DNA of 41,415 bases from an uncultured bacterium. Lineage in GTDB: Bacteria > CSSED10-310 > CAZUFC01. The stretch covers positions 1 to 41,415 of the forward strand of contig CAZUFC010000074.1 of the NCBI GenBank assembly GCA_964619725.1, given 5' to 3'. Position numbers and translations under genes: made by a program. The notes beneath the pieces were generated by a model. That model saw only the letters and a program-made list of their open reading frames with translations, had not been told where the DNA came from and made no database searches. Below are positions 38,562 through 41,415 of the stretch, one piece after another (the first letter of the stretch is position 1; every line of letters starts with the position of its first letter).

Positions 38562-39333
38562 TAGCTTCAACCTCCCTGGCAAAAGTTCGATAATCCCGGG
38601 CCCCTCGACTGTCCGGATCATAAAGGATTATGGGCAGCCCGTGACTGGGAGCTTCAGCAAGCCGTATGTTGGAATGAATTACGGTATCGAAAACCTGACC
38701 GTCGAAATGAGAACGCAATTCCTCCACTACCCTTTCACATAACTTTGTTCCCGTCTGATAAATCGTCGGCAGTATCCCCGATAATCTTAACTCTGGATTC
38801 AGCCTCGTCTTCACAATTTCTATCGTGTTCAATAACCGGCTCATTCCCTCCAATGCAAAAAAATGAGCCTGCACCGGCAAAATGACTTCATGCGCCGTCG
38901 TCATGGCGTTCAACGTCAGCAAACCCAACGATGGCGGACAATCCAGCAATATATAATCGTAATCTTCTTCCACATCCAATACCTTCTCCGCCAGTATGAT
39001 CTCACGCCCTATCGTATTCACCAGCTCTACTTCCGCTCCAGACAAATCCAGTCTCGCCGGCGCCAAATCCATCCTCTCTACCGCATTCTTTACTATCGCA
39101 CACTCCAAATCCGCATCAGCCCGAACCAATACGTCGTAAATCGAACGGGATAATCCGTCCGGATCGATCCCCAGCCCAATTGTGCTGTTCGCCTGCGGGT
39201 CCAAATCTATCAACAGCGTCCGACGTCCCATTTCGCTTAAACAGGCCCCTAAATTAATCGCTGTCGTCGTCTTGCCGCTCCCGCCCTTCTGATTCGCCAA
39301 GGCTATCAATCTCGTCGCGTTGCTTTTTTTCAT
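38551..39333 (-). CDS. parA: ParA/Soj-family ATPase with no adjacent parB
   Basis: Deviant Walker A NQKGGSGKTT, IDLDPQAN, DCPPSLG, ALEG and RLAEAPSHG motifs. Confidence 0.92.
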   Translation of the reverse strand: MKKSNATRLIALANQKGGSGKTTTAINLGACLSEMGRRTLLIDLDPQANSTIGLGIDPDGLSRSIYDVLVRADADLECAIVKNAVERMDLAPARLDLSGAEVELVNTIGREIILAEKVLDVEEDYDYILLDCPPSLGLLTLNAMTTAHEVILPVQAHFFALEGMSRLLNTIEIVKTRLNPELRLSGILPTIYQTGTKLCERVVEELRSHFDGQVFDTVIHSNIRLAEAPSHGLPIILYDPDSRGARDYRTFAREVEAIEE

Positions 39334-39559
39334 AAGTTGCCCACCGCTTTAAAATTATCAATATAAAACGCATGAGTCAACTGATTTCCGCTCCGATATG
39401 ATTCAAATTTTTCGTGCAAATTATTCATCACCGCTTTACTGCCCGCAGCTTTGCAAATCGAAAGGATCATCCCTTCTTCAAACTTCGGCTGCATTTTGAC
39501 TTCATTCATAAAATGATTATGCAAATCCTTTTCAGGACTCCAAAGCTTTAATTTTTTAT

Positions 39560-39731
39560 GGACTGATCAAACTGGGGGTACTCTTTTTCATGAAATATTT
39601 GACTGATTGTAATCCTCTTAAGAAACTAATCCTGTCCCACTAATATCTGCATGACGAAACACCGCTGTTTTTTTCATTGAGAGACGATTGTTCAGGTATC
39701 GGCGTCTGTATCGATATCTCTGTCACAATCG
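39560..39731 (-). repeat. Dispersed intergenic repeat, copy 4 (inverted, degenerate, split by about 80 bp)
   Basis: The reverse complement of 39560-39610 aligns to the right half of copy 1 (exact GTTTGATCAGTCC). The reverse complement of 39690-39731 resembles the left half. Confidence 0.6.
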
Positions 39732-39861
39732 GCATGAATATTTACGAGGAGATGTATTTTATCATTATCAGATTTTCAAGCCTTCTCAATTGTTCAAGGA
39801 TGTGAAAATTGTAACCGCGAAACATGGATATTTGACCGATGCCGTTTTTTAAAATCGAACA

Positions 39862-40066
39862 GAAAAAAAGGGGTTGGTTAAGAAAAACTCGCTTTTATTC
39901 CTTTACCGCGAAAACTGCCGGCAGGAAGTCTTAGGGGAGTCATGGAGGAGGGATTCCCTTGCAATGGCAGCTCTTCGCATTTTTGCTTCGAAAGAAGCAT
40001 TCATGGATACGGCTCTCTTAACCAACGCCCTTATAACTTAGAATAAAAGCGTCCATGCAAGCCCAA
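39862..40066 (-). ncRNA. Candidate ~200-nt structured sRNA or leader upstream of parA
   Basis: Lies downstream of a sigma54-like promoter, has several long inverted repeats and ends in a U7 tract. Strand is not certain. Confidence 0.4.
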
Positions 40067-40076
40067 ATATTATGAT

Positions 40077-40092
40077 AGCAATTCCCATGCCA
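40077..40092 (-). promoter_or_regulatory. Sigma54 (RpoN)-type promoter
   Basis: TGGCATGGGAATTGCT is one mismatch from TGGCACG-N4-TTGCW and has the exact spacing. Confidence 0.65.
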
Positions 40093-40406
40093 AAGATCAA
40101 GTATTTTTTTTGGGCTGATTTTACTAAGAGTTACAGATTCGGAGCTCATTATGCCAGCAGCAATACAGCAACTTCTTCCGTTACCCTCTATTTTATTGCT
40201 TTATAATGGTTTTCTTGATTACTTGCCTCCTTCTTCCTCCGCCTCTCTCTATTATGTAACTCGAAACTTTACTCTCATTCCCCGATGAACAAACACTTCA
40301 CATCGTTCTCCTTCTCGCGCCGCCCTTGCATGCAAATTCTGCACTTTTTATGACCGGGCCTTTTTATTCATGAAAACATTTCATCCTGCCCCCCCAAATT
40401 TTTTGT

Positions 40407-40435
40407 TTGACAATTTTAGTCTCGAAAGATATAAA
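40407..40435 (+). promoter_or_regulatory. Sigma70 promoter of the tRNA operon
   Basis: TTGACA-N17-TATAAA about 30 bp upstream of tRNA-Gln. Confidence 0.75.
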
Positions 40436-40466
40436 TAGTTTGACTCCTGGGATGGGAAGGTTCCAT

Positions 40467-40539
40467 TGGGGAGTCGGCTAATTGGTAAGCCACCTGACTC
40501 TGGATCAGGCGATTGCAGGTTCGAGTCCTGCCTCCTCAG
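40467..40539 (+). tRNA. tRNA-Gln(CTG)
   Basis: Acceptor stem TGGGGAG/CTCCTCA, anticodon arm CCTGA-CTCTGGA-TCAGG, T arm GCAGG-TTCGAGT-CCTGC; CCA not encoded. Confidence 0.95.
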
Positions 40540-40578
40540 TAGAGCCGTTCCGTTTCCAGATTATTCATCGGAGTGCCC

Positions 40579-40651
40579 GGTCCCATCGTCTAGCGGCCTA
40601 GGACATCGGCCTCTCACGCCGAAAACACGGGTTCGATTCCCGTTGGGACCA
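40579..40651 (+). tRNA. tRNA-Glu(CTC)
   Basis: Acceptor stem GGTCCCA/TGGGACC, anticodon arm TCGGC-CTCTCAC-GCCGA, T arm ACGGG-TTCGATT-CCCGT; CCA not encoded. Confidence 0.95.
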
Positions 40652-40668
40652 TAAAAGAAGTTTTCAAG

Positions 40669-41130
40669 ATGAAAAAAGAACACAAACAGAACGTATTGCT
40701 GATAATCATCACCATGGTCATTGCCGTCGGCATGGTTTGGCTGAATACCTGGCAAAGGTGCCGCGAACAGTTTCGCGAAGGCGAAGCATTTTATGAACAC
40801 AACGATTATCTAAAGGCGATTACGGCTTACGAAACCGCCATTCATGCTTATACGCCGTTCAATTCCATGATTCCGAAAGCTGCTGAAAGACTCTGGGACA
40901 TAGGAATGATGTACGAGCAGAAAGGCGAATTCGATGCCGCATTGATAGCGTTGCGTTCTCTCCGGTCAAGTTTTTATGCAGTAAGAAGCCTGTATACCCC
41001 TTATCCGGAATGGATTGAGAAAACCGAAAAAAGGATTCCTGAAATCATTGAAAAACAGGAAAACGCCAGGAAAATAGCCGGAGAAAAAACATCCTCTGAA
41101 ATAATCGCCCCGCCTCCATCCCTGGAATAA
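40669..41130 (+). CDS. Membrane-anchored helical (TPR-like) hypothetical protein
   Basis: N-terminal TM helix, then TPR-like helices (GEAFYEHNDYLKAITAYETAI); starts 17 bp after tRNA-Glu. Confidence 0.75.
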   Translation: MKKEHKQNVLLIIITMVIAVGMVWLNTWQRCREQFREGEAFYEHNDYLKAITAYETAIHAYTPFNSMIPKAAERLWDIGMMYEQKGEFDAALIALRSLRSSFYAVRSLYTPYPEWIEKTEKRIPEIIEKQENARKIAGEKTSSEIIAPPPSLE

Positions 41131-41156
41131 AAGCTGTTTCCTGGAGTAGGTCGAAA

Positions 41157-41415
41157 TTCAACCACGAATCTAACGAATCGCACGAATCAGGAAAAGGACA
41201 TTACGGGAATTTATGGCTTCGCTGTCGGACCTGAACTGGAAAACATTCATTAGCTGCAATTCACGGTCGCGTCTCCATTCTTATTCGTGGGATTCGGGTG
41301 ATTCGTGGTTGTATTCCTGATTAAAATCGTTAATGATACGGCGGCAAAGCTGCAATACGATCCTTGAAACGGTTATGCTTTATTTTTTTCAACCACGAAT
41401 CTAACGAATCGCACG
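41157..41415. repeat. Intergenic repeat built from 9-bp CACGAATCN-like units, in direct and inverted copies
   Basis: TTCAACCACGAATCTAACGAATCGCACG is identical at 41157-41184 and 41388-41415; an inverted copy lies at 41283-41311. Confidence 0.9.

Noticed and set aside
38551-39333. Canonical chromosomal parAB/oriC locus or plasmid partition cassette
   Set aside because: There is no parB, rsmG/mnmG, dnaA or rep gene nearby, and I saw no parS palindrome.
39868-40032. 6S RNA
   Set aside because: The rod-with-bubble outline is loosely similar, but the closing stem is short and I saw no 6S sequence motifs. Kept only as an unknown RNA candidate.
40466-40800. ORFs 40466-40654 and 40561-40800
   Set aside because: They overlap two clear tRNA genes.
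40467-41415. tRNA-anchored genomic island or prophage
   Set aside because: No integrase and no duplicated tRNA 3' end are visible in the window.

Overview
Chromosomal region of a diderm, probably anaerobic bacterium. The outer-membrane barrel, TonB-C domain, selA and Pro/Thr-linker secreted proteins point this way; a lineage near Acidobacteriota or a related candidate phylum is only an inference. No phage, integrase, transposase or CRISPR array is visible. From left to right the window holds: a secreted beta-propeller protein with a very long Pro/Thr tandem-repeat stalk (minus strand, runs off the left edge, absent from the ORF track); an atypical M14 carboxypeptidase; a GlmL/MutL-like fusion; an FG-GAP lipoprotein; a COG2403 P-loop enzyme (cDPGS-annotated, probably arginine synthetase ArcE-like); two paralogous orphan response regulators; ctpA, a B12 radical SAM, an OMP and selA; mtnA; a pseudo-receiver/Ser-Thr kinase/TonB-C fusion; btuFCD coupled to three GT-C glycosyltransferases (one TMEM260/DUF2723-like) and followed by a Pro/Thr-linker protein; an orphan parA with a TPR partner that carries a ParB-like ParA-activation motif; and tRNA-Gln(CTG) and tRNA-Glu(CTC). 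The best leads are the ParA-TPR pair, the putative protein O-glycosylation locus, the kinase-TonB fusion, and two ORF-free structured regions that each lie downstream of a sigma54-like promoter. All calls come from reading motifs by eye; no searches were run.
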